The notes under the pieces are model-generated. The model made no database searches. It had not been told where the DNA came from and worked only from the letters and a program-made list of their open reading frames with translations. This document shows positions 1 through 8,333 of a stretch of DNA of 64,000 bases, piece after piece. Origin of the DNA: Nanobdellota archaeon (lineage in GTDB: Archaea; Nanobdellota; Nanobdellia; JAAOXT01); NCBI GenBank assembly GCA_018221045.1, contig JAAOXT010000027.1, positions 536 through 64,535 of the forward strand, read 5' to 3'. The position numbers were made by a program, and so were the translations under genes. Position 1 is the stretch's first letter; each line of letters begins with the position of its first letter.

Positions 1-78
1 TTATTCAGGACATGAATGGATTGGATAAGGAACTGTTCTTTAAATCGCGTAAGATGATAGGATTGGAGTGAAATAAAG

Positions 79-86
79 TTTATAAA
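79..86 (+). promoter_or_regulatory. TATA-box-like element (tttataaa) about 30 nt upstream of the PCNA ATG
   Basis: tttataaa at 79-86, with the ATG at 113. The spacing fits an archaeal TATA box with a short or absent leader. Confidence 0.4.
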
Positions 87-112
87 CTCAACCCATTTCA
101 GGATTAATCGTA

Positions 113-865
113 ATGTTTAAGGCCAGTCTTTCGAACGCAACTCTTTTCAAGGACGCGATGTCAACGATATCAAACTTGATTAATGAAGGAACTTTTAAGA
201 TTAACAGGGAAGGCATAGAATTAATCGCGATGGACCCTTCTAATGTTAGCATGATTATTTTCAAGTTTTTGTCCAACGTTTTTGATGATTACCAATTGGA
301 TAAGGACACCAAAATGACGATTAACGTTGATCAGTTGGTGCAAATTCTTCGGCGCGCGGGCGCCACTGACAGAGTTATTTTTGAGTTGGAGGAGGATAAG
401 AACAGGTTCATAGTCAGGATGAAGGGGAGTAGTAATAGGACTTTTAGCGTTCCATTGATTCAGGAAGAGTTGAAGGAGCAGAGCGTTCCCAGCCTTGACT
501 TCAAGAACCAGATTCAAGTGGAGACCAGCATTGTTAGGGAAGGAGTGATTGACGCTAACATGGTCAGTCATTGCGTGGTGTTTGAAGCCACTCCTGAAAA
601 GTTTGTGATGCACGCTAAAGGCGACAATAATGATTCCACGCTGGAGTTGGTCAAGGGTTCGCCAGCACTGCACGTATTGGACGTCTCAGAACCGGTTAAG
701 GCTAAGTACTCGCTGGATTATCTTGATAAGATTACGAAGGCAGCGAAAATCGCTGACGTCCTGACCATAAAGTTTGGCACAGATTACCCTTTGCAAATGG
801 AGTACAAGGCCTTGGACAAGTTGCAAATGACTTTCATCCTAGCACCAAGAGTGGAAACAGAATAA
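113..865 (+). CDS. pcn: DNA polymerase sliding clamp PCNA
   Basis: 250 aa. The N-terminus MFKASLSNATLFKDAMSTISNLINEGTFKINREGIELIAMDPSNVSM and the C-terminus PLQMEY...MTFILAPRVE are typical of archaeal PCNA in length and pattern. Confidence 0.9.
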   Translation: MFKASLSNATLFKDAMSTISNLINEGTFKINREGIELIAMDPSNVSMIIFKFLSNVFDDYQLDKDTKMTINVDQLVQILRRAGATDRVIFELEEDKNRFIVRMKGSSNRTFSVPLIQEELKEQSVPSLDFKNQIQVETSIVREGVIDANMVSHCVVFEATPEKFVMHAKGDNNDSTLELVKGSPALHVLDVSEPVKAKYSLDYLDKITKAAKIADVLTIKFGTDYPLQMEYKALDKLQMTFILAPRVETE

Positions 866-941
866 ATGCTCATAATCCAATGATAGGAAGTGTGGCCTTT
901 CGTGACAGTGCTAGTATTCTTGTAGGGGGTTATCAATAAAT

Positions 942-1340
942 TTATCCTATTTTTTTGATAACAGCGTTTAGTAACGGTTCAAAACAACTCTCAGCTATTG
1001 AAATAACATCTCTTACCTCAATTAATTTTGGCCCATACCCATAGTAGTTTATGTTGTGCCTCAACCTTCTTAAATTATCAATAACAAATATTGGTCTTGT
1101 AGTTACAACCCTTAATTTTAGAAGCTCTTTTATTGGTGCAACATGATCTTCGGATTTTACACCTTTTGCAACTAGCAACGCGTCTCCAAGCATTCGAAAA
1201 CATTCATACACGTTTCGAACAATAGTGGAGCCGGAATCTTCTGTTACTCTCATCGATAACGTGAATTCCATGTCTTTTTTTGCAGCCTTAATAATACTTA
1301 ACGCATTTTTTTTATCAGGTCTTTTATACCTCGCTTTCAA
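942..1340 (-). CDS. HEPN-domain protein, the putative toxin partner of the adjacent nucleotidyltransferase
   Basis: 132 aa and all-helical in character. An Arg/His motif, NLRRLRHNINYYGY, sits where the HEPN Rx4-6H motif is expected. It overlaps the upstream NTase gene by 4 nt. Confidence 0.55.
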   Translation of the reverse strand: MKARYKRPDKKNALSIIKAAKKDMEFTLSMRVTEDSGSTIVRNVYECFRMLGDALLVAKGVKSEDHVAPIKELLKLRVVTTRPIFVIDNLRRLRHNINYYGYGPKLIEVRDVISIAESCFEPLLNAVIKKIG

Positions 1341-1942
1341 GGTCTAACCTCCAAAAATCCTTCAAGCACAATACCATTCGCTATATTAGAGAATAAATTT
1401 AAGTCAATTTTATTTCTTGAAAATACATGAAGATTAACTGGCACGTTCTTCCTAATCCCGAATTGAGTGATTACTCCTAAATCAAATATTTTTAGTTTAT
1501 CATTGCTTAAAACTTCAACAGCAATATCAATATCACTTTCTTCAGTGTCATCACCTTTTCTATAACTGCCAAACAAAATTATTGCTTTAGAATTCCTTAT
1601 TAATTCATAAACGCACTTGATTATCTCTGATTCGTATATCAATGTCAGATTATAACTAACCTTTCTTGAATAATTATATGTGTGGTCCTTATTGCATGAA
1701 ATTCTCCAAGTTCTTCCAAGCACTTTTATAGCTAAAAATCCTTCTTCGACTAATTGAGTAATTACGCGGTTAGTAGTTGTTTTTGATATTTTTAATTCTC
1801 TTGAAAGATTGTTTAAGCTCATTTCAATGTTAGGAAATGAAAAAAACCATGTGAGAACTTTATTATAGGCTTCGTTTAATTCTCTTAACTCCACCTTTTT
1901 TAGCTTCTTAACCATGATCAATAAGGTAACAATTAATACCAT
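1337..1942 (-). CDS. wHTH-fused minimal nucleotidyltransferase (MNT-like)
   Basis: The N-terminal wHTH reads LSRELKISKTTTNRVITQLVEEGFL. The NTase motif reads ILFGSYRKGDDTEESDIDIAVEV (GS...DxD). The true start may be the internal MVKKLKK near 1915. Confidence 0.7.
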   Translation of the reverse strand: MVLIVTLLIMVKKLKKVELRELNEAYNKVLTWFFSFPNIEMSLNNLSRELKISKTTTNRVITQLVEEGFLAIKVLGRTWRISCNKDHTYNYSRKVSYNLTLIYESEIIKCVYELIRNSKAIILFGSYRKGDDTEESDIDIAVEVLSNDKLKIFDLGVITQFGIRKNVPVNLHVFSRNKIDLNLFSNIANGIVLEGFLEVRP

Positions 1943-2018
1943 ATAAACTTTTTGGTTACCAATAAGGAATTTTTAAAACCGATTAAACTTTTTTAGAACC
2001 AAAAGATTATTAAATTTC

Positions 2019-2357
2019 ATGATACTAACAATAAGAAAGATTACATTGACAATGATGAATCTAAAACTCTCAAAAACAGAGATTGCAATAATCGTCATCG
2101 CACTGGTTACGAGCCCTTTAATCAGCATCGTTGCTGACATTCACTCGATTGGCGTGGTTTTATTCATGGAAGGTTTCTACGTGATTTTCTTCGCTTTGTT
2201 TGGTTATGCAGTAATGTTTTATGGATATGGTAAGCGCGGCGAGCGCGCTTACTCGTGGAAAACCATGGAGCAAGTCAGGAAAATTTTGCCAAGACTCTTA
2301 ATGGTTTTCACTCCCATCACCATCATCGGATTTATCCTGATGTTAATGTGGATATAA
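2019..2357 (+). CDS. small membrane protein with about 3 TM helices
   Basis: 112 aa with hydrophobic stretches IAIIVIALVTSPLISIVADI, VVLFMEGFYVIFFALFGYAVMFYGY and MVFTPITIIGFILMLMWI. Confidence 0.4.
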   Translation: MILTIRKITLTMMNLKLSKTEIAIIVIALVTSPLISIVADIHSIGVVLFMEGFYVIFFALFGYAVMFYGYGKRGERAYSWKTMEQVRKILPRLLMVFTPITIIGFILMLMWI

Positions 2358-2573
2358 AAGAAAAGAATCTGACAATCTTTTTTAGAGATTTTAGGATAAA
2401 ATTGTGACACAGGACATTAAACCAGCCGAGTCACTGGGATGGAAGACCTGCTTCATCAACAGGAAAGGCAAGAAAAGCGAGCACGCAGATTATAACATCA
2501 AAAACCTAAAAGAACTCATTAAGATAACAGAATAAAAAGTTTTAAAACGCTGAGCACCATTAAATCAAATACC

Positions 2574-3722
2574 ATGGCGTTAAAGATTCTTTACGCTAAC
2601 GAATACAACCTTAACGTCGAGTACCTCAACTTCGGAGGCATCGCTAACATCTTATTCGGAGAAGTTCATTCCCTAAGAAATCTGGGCGCAGAAATAAGAT
2701 TTATTCATTCCCTAGATTGAGAGCAACACCCATGGCATGAAAGCAAAGAATCAAGAACCATGAGAAGAGAATCTTTCAAACAAAAAATTATTCAAGAAAC
2801 AAAGAACTTCCAACCAGACATAGTAATATTTCATTACGCAATGTACCAAACCATAAAATCCCTACCAGAACTAATCAAGCTAAGAGAACAAGGCGTGTTC
2901 AAAGGAAAAATAATGGTTTTCCTGCACGACGCGGTAAGCCCTTTCCTAGAAGACGACTCTCTGGGAAAAAATAATTCTAGTTACTGGTCGCAAGCAGACA
3001 CAGTTATATGTGTTTCAAACTTTTTAAAGAAAAAAGCAAAAAAAGTGAAAAACAAGTATGAAGTTCTGTACCCGAGCGTTGACGACGTTTTCATTCAAAC
3101 AACCCAACAAGACAAAACTATTGGCAGAACATTTCTAAGAGAAAAAGGGCTGACCATAAATCCTGGCGAAAAACTGATCTGCTACATCGCCCGTTTTTAT
3201 AAAGAAAAAGGATTCGAAACAGCCCTAAGGATAGCAAAAAAACTAGCTGACCAGACGAACTACAAATTCTTGTTCGTCGGCGCAACAGGAAAACCATAAG
3301 AAAACGAACTGATAAAAAAATTCTTCCCACAAAAATCGGGTAGAACACTAATCTTACCTTACACAACTAGTAAAAGAGAATTGAAGTATTATTACGCTGC
3401 GTCAGATGTGATGATATCGCCTTCAATCCACGAAGCCGCTGGAACCTCCATTTTAGAAGCATTGGCGAGCGGGTGCAAAGTCGTGGCTAACGGGGTGGAA
3501 GGCGTCAAAGATAATCTCAAGAGAGTGAAAGGACTGAAACAAGGAAAAGATTATTTCTTAATAAAAATTCCAAGATTTTTAGGAAGTGAGGAAAAATTAG
3601 CTAAAAAATATGTGAAAACCATCAAAAAAATTGGGAAGGGTTTCGCGATTTTTGACGGAAAGCAATTATCCCACCCAACACGAGCGGAAAAACTGCTAAA
3701 AATACTTAAGAAACTAACGTGA
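2574..3722 (+). pseudogene. GT1/GT4-type glycosyltransferase interrupted by two in-frame stop codons (TGA 2718-2720, TAA 3297-3299)
   Basis: The ATG at 2574, ORF 2760-3299 and ORF 3381-3722 are all in the same frame. Translation continues sensibly across both stops (..FIHSLD*EQHPWHE.., ..VGATGKP*ENELIKKFF..). The C-terminal part carries the GT-B motif SIHEAAGTSILEALASGCKVVA. Confidence 0.7.
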
Positions 3723-3730
3723 AGAACCCC

Positions 3731-4015
3731 CTATTTTTTGAGAATTTTTATGGCTTTGCCATTAATCAACGCGTCAGCCACCTTCTTTCTCACCTTGTCA
3801 AGAATCCTATGAAAAGTGGGTTGAGAAACACCCATCTTCTCAGCCGCCTCGTCCTGGCTCAGACCAATAACATCTGATAGTCTCAAAGCTTCAATTCCAT
3901 CCAAACCAAGTTCAACTTCCTCCAAACTCCTGACTGGAACTCCTGCCGGCTTGTAATAAGTTACTCCTGGCTCAAACAGGATTCTTCGTTTAATTCTTGG
4001 TCGCGGCATTTTCAA
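3731..4015 (-). CDS. DUF134 (UPF0251) family predicted DNA-binding protein
   Basis: MPRPRIKRRI..FEPGVTYYKPAGVP...LGLDGIEALRLSDVIGLSQDEAAEKMGVSQPTFHRIL is the characteristic DUF134 pattern with a sigma-70 region-4-like HTH. Confidence 0.75.
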   Translation of the reverse strand: MKMPRPRIKRRILFEPGVTYYKPAGVPVRSLEEVELGLDGIEALRLSDVIGLSQDEAAEKMGVSQPTFHRILDKVRKKVADALINGKAIKILKK

Positions 4016-4060
4016 AAAATAATGAGGAAGAAAGGTTTAATAAAACCTTTCCTGAAAGAA

Positions 4061-4345
4061 TCAGTCTTCTTTCTTAAGACTCTTTAACTCTTCCTCAATA
4101 GATTTCTTCAAACCGTTAATTCCTTTTAACTGTTCTTCTAACAGTTTAGTCCTGTCTTCGTTTGAAATGGGGAAACCCATTCCTTGCCCGAAGCCGAATC
4201 CTCGTCTTCGTCCTCCAAATCCTCTACCTCTTCCTAAAAAGGGTTGCTGGTAGGATTCCCCTCCATTAGAGCAAGGTCCTTGTTTTCTTCCGTTTGGTCC
4301 TTTTCCATAAGGACCTGTTCCATCTTGTCCTGGCATATTAATCAC
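4061..4345 (-). CDS. DUF5320-like Gly/Arg-rich protein with a C-terminal coiled coil
   Basis: MPGQDGTGPYGKGPNGRKQGPC...GRGRGFGGRRRGFGFGQG is followed by a helix, EEQLKGINGLKKSIEEELKSLK. It lies directly beside the DUF134 gene, a pairing I recall as recurrent. Confidence 0.55.
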   Translation of the reverse strand: MINMPGQDGTGPYGKGPNGRKQGPCSNGGESYQQPFLGRGRGFGGRRRGFGFGQGMGFPISNEDRTKLLEEQLKGINGLKKSIEEELKSLKKED

Positions 4346-4395
4346 CTCCAGTTATGAATAATCATTCATAACCACTATTTAAATGTTTTGGATTA

Positions 4396-5019
4396 TTATT
4401 CATTACTCCCGAAGATTAGAACTTTCAACCCGTATAAAATTCTTAATGAGAACTCTAGGATTTGGGTGAAAAGCAGGTATGAAATCACGTTTAGCGCCAT
4501 GTCTGGCAGCTGTGAAATCCTGTCAAAAACGTTGATTGATTGGAAGTAAGTGGGGTCTAGTAGTATGAGGCCAATTAAAGTGAATGGAAGGATTTTTGCA
4601 AGGTCTTTAGCAATGTCTTCCTTAAAGTAAGAAGTTATTCTGATCGCGGAGACAACTGCCATGGATAAAAGCATTATTTCAGGCACGCTCTGATTCTTAG
4701 ACATGATGATCAATAACGCTGACAGGGTTAGAAACCATAAGAAAATGAATAATGGCAGGATGATTAAATGTTTTACCACGTACATCAGCATTGAGCCTGC
4801 TTTGCGCAGGTTAGGGTGATTACTGAATTCGTACTTGCTGAGATCCAATTTGAAAACATCTCTTTTCGACAAGAAGTTGTAAAATTTCCAGACGAAAAGA
4901 GCGTAAAACGCTAAGCCAAAAGTGTAAACCACTAAGGGGAAGAGAAGGTCATAAGTGTTGGACGTGAAAAAACTGAGCCAGTCCTCTCCAACGGTTATAG
5001 CATAACCCGTTAAATCCAT
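4396..5019 (-). CDS. polytopic membrane protein of unknown function
   Basis: 207 aa with about 5-6 hydrophobic helices. I recognise no motif. Confidence 0.45.
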   Translation of the reverse strand: MDLTGYAITVGEDWLSFFTSNTYDLLFPLVVYTFGLAFYALFVWKFYNFLSKRDVFKLDLSKYEFSNHPNLRKAGSMLMYVVKHLIILPLFIFLWFLTLSALLIIMSKNQSVPEIMLLSMAVVSAIRITSYFKEDIAKDLAKILPFTLIGLILLDPTYFQSINVFDRISQLPDMALNVISYLLFTQILEFSLRILYGLKVLIFGSNE

Positions 5020-5074
5020 GCTTTAAGTTGAGGGCAAAACCTTTTAATAATCCTTTTGGGAAAGACAAGTAGAA

Positions 5075-5347
5075 ATGAATCAAGTTCACTGCGCGCACAT
5101 ACTTGTCAAAACTGAGGAAAAAGCCAAAGAACTTCTGGAAAAAATAAATGCTGGAGAGTCTTTCTCAAAACTTGCTCAAGAACACTCAGAATGCCCTTCG
5201 GGCAAGAAAGGAGGGGGATTGGGGTGGTTTGGCAGGGGAATGATGGTCAAACCTTTTGAACAAGAAGCTTTCAAGCTCAAAAAAGGAGAACTGTCCGGAA
5301 TCGTTAAAACCCAGTTCGGCTACCACTTAATAAAAAGACTCGAATGA
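5075..5347 (+). CDS. parvulin-type peptidyl-prolyl cis-trans isomerase
   Basis: 90 aa. CAHILV....A..LL..I..G..F..LA...S.CPSGKKGG.LGWF.RG.MV..FE..AF.L..GE.S..V.T.FGYHLI is the PpiC/PinA rotamase pattern. Confidence 0.85.
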   Translation: MNQVHCAHILVKTEEKAKELLEKINAGESFSKLAQEHSECPSGKKGGGLGWFGRGMMVKPFEQEAFKLKKGELSGIVKTQFGYHLIKRLE

Positions 5348-5790
5348 ATGACAAAAAAACAGGAATAATAATAATTGGTATAGCAGTAGTAGTTCTTTTC
5401 ATAGTAGTTTCTTATGACAACGCTTTAACCCGCATTGTTGAAACAAGTTGTTCTCATGGAACTTCTTGCCTAATGTATGACGTTATCAATGTTCAAAAAC
5501 AAATCAGCATTGCGCTAGTTATTCTTTTGATAGGAGCAGGCGTATTCATAGCATTGTCGTCGGATATCAAAAGGTTCTTCGTGAAAACCGTAAAAGTCAG
5601 GCTATCCCAAGACGAGAAAAAAATCCATGATTTCATAAAAAAAGAAAAAGGGTCCGCGTACCAGAGCGATATCGTGAAAGCAACGGGTCTCAGTAAGGTT
5701 AAGGTTACAAGACTGCTTGATAAGATGGAAGGGAAAAAAATTGTTGAGCGAAGAAGACGAGGTATGACAAACATTGTTTTCTTAAAGTGA
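5344..5790 (+). CDS. membrane-anchored winged-helix (MarR-like) protein
   Basis: It has two TM segments, then SQDEKKIHDFIKKEKGSAYQSDIVKATGLSKVKVTRLLDKMEGKKIVERRRRG. An ATGA overlap joins it to the parvulin gene. Confidence 0.55.
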   Translation: MNDKKTGIIIIGIAVVVLFIVVSYDNALTRIVETSCSHGTSCLMYDVINVQKQISIALVILLIGAGVFIALSSDIKRFFVKTVKVRLSQDEKKIHDFIKKEKGSAYQSDIVKATGLSKVKVTRLLDKMEGKKIVERRRRGMTNIVFLK

Positions 5791-5841
5791 AACTAGTTTC
5801 ACTAATTCTTTTAAAAAGGGTTTCAGACCAGCAATACTGCA

Positions 5842-6771
5842 ATGACAAACCAAAACACGATAAACGTTAATGGAATGAGTTGCAAAAAATGCGCTGAAAA
5901 AATCGAGTCCAAACTCAGCTCGTTGAAAGGAATCAAAAAAGTTGAAGTCAAACTAGTTGACGACCAAGTACTTGTTGAATACGATCGGGATAAGATAACA
6001 CTAGCTGAAATCAAATCAATAATAGAAAAGCTTGGGTACTCGACGAGCAGAAAAAAAACTATCACGATTAAAAAAAACGTTTTAGAAGGAATAGCTTACG
6101 GCCTGGTACCCCATATTGGTTGCATTGCCTTCATCATTGGCTCAGTGCTCGGAGTCACCGTGCTAATGGAATTCTTCAAACCCTTGCTGATGAATAGATA
6201 CTTTTTTCATGTGCTCATGGCAATATCTTTCGTTTTTGCGACGATATCGTCCTTCTTTTACTTAAAGAAAAAAGGTTTCCTCTCATGGAAAGGCGTTGCA
6301 AAAAAGTGGAAATACCTTACAGGAATGTATGGGTCGACGATAGGCATAAACCTGATATTATTCATGGTTATCTTTCCGTTGCTGGCGAACCTGCCAGCAA
6401 GCCAGTCAATCACTGGAGCTGTCGTAGGAGTGCCAAGCAGTGCCAGAAGTACTTTAAAATTAAGCGTTGACATTCCCTGTCCAGGCCACGCTCCACTAAT
6501 ATCCAACGAGTTGAAAACCATTAACGGCGTTGCAGGCGTGCAATTCAGTTTTCCAAACGTTTTCGACGTCACTTACGATTCTACAAGAACTTCAAAGCAA
6601 GGAATACTAGCACTAGAGATTTTCGAGACATATCCCGCTACATTTCTGGGATTAGAATCAGGATTAACTGGAAGCGTTGTAGCTGTCACTGCTCCGCAAA
6701 CGAGCGGGGGGTGTGGTTGCGGGGGTAGCACGTGCGGAGGCTCTGCTGGAAGTTGTTGTGGAGGAGGATAA
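5842..6771 (+). CDS. HMA-domain membrane protein with a second HMA-like domain and a Cys/Gly tail
   Basis: The N-terminal HMA reads NVNGMSCKKCAEKIESKLSSLKGIKKVEV. About 4 TM helices follow. A second ferredoxin-like segment, LKLSVDIPCPGHAPLISNELKTINGVAGVQF, comes next, and the C-terminus is GGCGCGGSTCGGSAGSCCGGG. Confidence 0.65.
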   Translation: MTNQNTINVNGMSCKKCAEKIESKLSSLKGIKKVEVKLVDDQVLVEYDRDKITLAEIKSIIEKLGYSTSRKKTITIKKNVLEGIAYGLVPHIGCIAFIIGSVLGVTVLMEFFKPLLMNRYFFHVLMAISFVFATISSFFYLKKKGFLSWKGVAKKWKYLTGMYGSTIGINLILFMVIFPLLANLPASQSITGAVVGVPSSARSTLKLSVDIPCPGHAPLISNELKTINGVAGVQFSFPNVFDVTYDSTRTSKQGILALEIFETYPATFLGLESGLTGSVVAVTAPQTSGGCGCGGSTCGGSAGSCCGGG

Positions 6772-6772
6772 A

Positions 6773-7498
6773 ATGAAGATTAAAAAAACAGAGATTTTAA
6801 CATGGATGGTGGTCGTAACCTTAATGCTAACACTGGTTAACAGTTATACGACTTTTAACTTAGGAAGCAAGTTGGATTCTATAACAGGAAGCGCTGTTGA
6901 AGTAAAACAAGGTGAAGTGAAGGAAACACAGCCTTTGGGAGCTCAAAAACCCGCGCTTCAACCCAACGTTCAAGTCAGCGTTGACGACGACCCAGTGAAA
7001 GGCTCCGCGAACGCGCCTGTAACAATCGTTGAGTTCAGCGACTTTGAATGCCCGTTCTGCGCCAGGTTCTATGAACAAACAATGGGACTAATCGATGAGA
7101 ACTACATTCAAACAGGAAAGGTTAAACTCGTGTTCAGGGACTTTCCGCTAGCATTTCACGAGAACGCTCAGAAAGCATCAGAAGCAGCCGAATGCGCTGA
7201 CGAGCAAGGAAAGTTCTGGGAATACCACGACAGCTTATTCGAAAACCAAGGGGAATGGTCTTCCATAGGAGTTAACAAGTTTAAGGAGTACGCACAAGAA
7301 CTCGGACTAAACACCGAAAAATTTGACGCGTGCCTTGATTCAGGCAAGTACGCGAGCGAAGTGCAAAAAGACTTAAGCGATGGCCAAGGTTATGGGGTTT
7401 CAGGCACTCCAACGTTCTTCGTGAACGGAATAAAAATCGTTGGAGCCCAACCATACAGCGCGTTTCAACAGTTAATTGAACAGGAGTTGGCTAAATGA
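6773..7498 (+). CDS. secreted or membrane-anchored DsbA-family thiol:disulfide oxidoreductase
   Basis: The signal anchor is MKIKKTEILTWMVVVTLMLTLV. The thioredoxin motif is FSDFECPFCARFY and the C-terminal cis-Pro region is VSGTPTFFVNG. The track ORF begins at 6713, but the ATG at 6773 follows the upstream stop directly. Confidence 0.8.
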   Translation: MKIKKTEILTWMVVVTLMLTLVNSYTTFNLGSKLDSITGSAVEVKQGEVKETQPLGAQKPALQPNVQVSVDDDPVKGSANAPVTIVEFSDFECPFCARFYEQTMGLIDENYIQTGKVKLVFRDFPLAFHENAQKASEAAECADEQGKFWEYHDSLFENQGEWSSIGVNKFKEYAQELGLNTEKFDACLDSGKYASEVQKDLSDGQGYGVSGTPTFFVNGIKIVGAQPYSAFQQLIEQELAK

Positions 7499-7944
7499 GA
7501 ACAGAAGTGATCATTGGAACAGTCGTTTTTTTAGTTGCTGTTCTAGTTCTAGCCAACCCATTCGGTTCAAATTTGACTGGCGCGGCAGTGAGCACAGGAG
7601 AAGTGAAAATTCCTCTATCAGGGATAACAAGTCAAGCCAAGTGGTACGAGTACGACGCCAGCGGAACAAAAGTAAGGTTCTTCGCCGTCAGGGCGAATGA
7701 CGGAAGCGTTAAAACAGGTTTCGACGCGTGCGACGTGTGCTACACCTCAAGAAAAGGTTACAGACAGGAAGGAAATTATATGGTGTGCAACAACTGCGGA
7801 AACAAGTACCTAATCAACGGACTTGGAACAGAGAACAAAAAACCTGGCGGTTGCTGGCCAGGATACCTGCCAAACACTGTTATCGGAGACACTCTTGTTA
7901 TCGAGAACTCTGATTTAGAAGGAGGCAAAGCGAGATTCATATGA
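7495..7944 (+). CDS. DUF2318-like Cys-rich metal-associated protein with an N-terminal TM anchor
   Basis: GFDACDVCYTSRKGYRQEGNYMVCNNCGNKY...PGGCWPGYLP matches the four-Cys plus GGC.P pattern I associate with DUF2318/COG4393. An ATGA overlap joins it to the DsbA-like gene. Confidence 0.5.
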   Translation: MRTEVIIGTVVFLVAVLVLANPFGSNLTGAAVSTGEVKIPLSGITSQAKWYEYDASGTKVRFFAVRANDGSVKTGFDACDVCYTSRKGYRQEGNYMVCNNCGNKYLINGLGTENKKPGGCWPGYLPNTVIGDTLVIENSDLEGGKARFI

Positions 7945-8288
7945 ACAAAAAAACTACTTTTTTATTTTTTATTTCATTTTCAATACTTGTCATAGTCCTA
8001 AATTCGACAATTTCAAAGAAAGAAGATTTTAGCCAAAGACGAACCGGGATAATGAACGAGCTCTCACTCGCGGTCGAAGACGCGACAGCCAACGGGGATT
8101 ATAAGTGTTGTATTGACCCGCCATGCACTATGTGCTACCTTGGAAACTGGTTATGGAATGACGGTACCTGTCATTGCGATGAAATGATACTCAAGGGAGA
8201 ATTTGACAAGGTTTGCCCGCAATGCAAAAAAGGGCTTGAAAAAGGTCTGTGCAAATCAACAGCTGATTCAGAATGCAATCCACTATAA
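7941..8288 (+). CDS. small secreted Cys-rich protein
   Basis: A signal anchor is followed by YKCCIDPPCTMCYLGNWLWNDGTCHCDEMILKGEFDKVCPQCKKGLEKGLCKSTADSEC, which I count as 12 Cys. It overlaps the upstream gene by 4 nt. Confidence 0.5.
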   Translation: MNKKTTFLFFISFSILVIVLNSTISKKEDFSQRRTGIMNELSLAVEDATANGDYKCCIDPPCTMCYLGNWLWNDGTCHCDEMILKGEFDKVCPQCKKGLEKGLCKSTADSECNPL

Positions 8289-8333
8289 AATCATTACATT
8301 AATTACGTTATAATTAATTACAATCCAGTAGAT

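Noticed and set aside
221-673. Many ORFs in the track lie antisense to, or nested inside, strongly supported genes. Examples are 221-673, 8951-9259, 10008-10334, 14694-15083, 22574-22981, 36400-36816, 47302-47814, 48368-48835, 57333-57596 and 62302-62673.
   Set aside because: They lie entirely within longer ORFs that carry clear family motifs on the other strand or frame. Their compositions are skewed and low-complexity, and they show no recognisable motif. I treat them as shadow ORFs.
2403-2534. A 43-codon GTG-initiated ORF (VTQDIKPAESLGWKTCFINRKGKKSEHADYNIKNLKELIKITE) upstream of the broken glycosyltransferase.
   Set aside because: It is too short, has a non-ATG start and carries no recognisable motif. 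It could be a gene remnant, but I cannot support that.
2574-3722. Possibility that the in-frame TGA and TAA in the glycosyltransferase reflect an alternative genetic code or programmed read-through.
   Set aside because: Both TGA and TAA terminate many well-supported genes in this window. TGA ends aIF2alpha at 52901-52903 and serves as the stop in the ATGA-coupled junctions, and TAA ends the 723-aa adhesin. Two different stop codons would both need recoding. A pseudogene is the simpler reading.
6713-6772. The 5' extension of the DsbA-like ORF in the track (start 6713), overlapping the Cys/Gly tail of the upstream gene.
   Set aside because: The extension is an out-of-frame read of the upstream gene's 3' end. 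The ATG at 6773 gives a normal signal anchor (MKIKKTEILTWMVV...) directly after the upstream stop.
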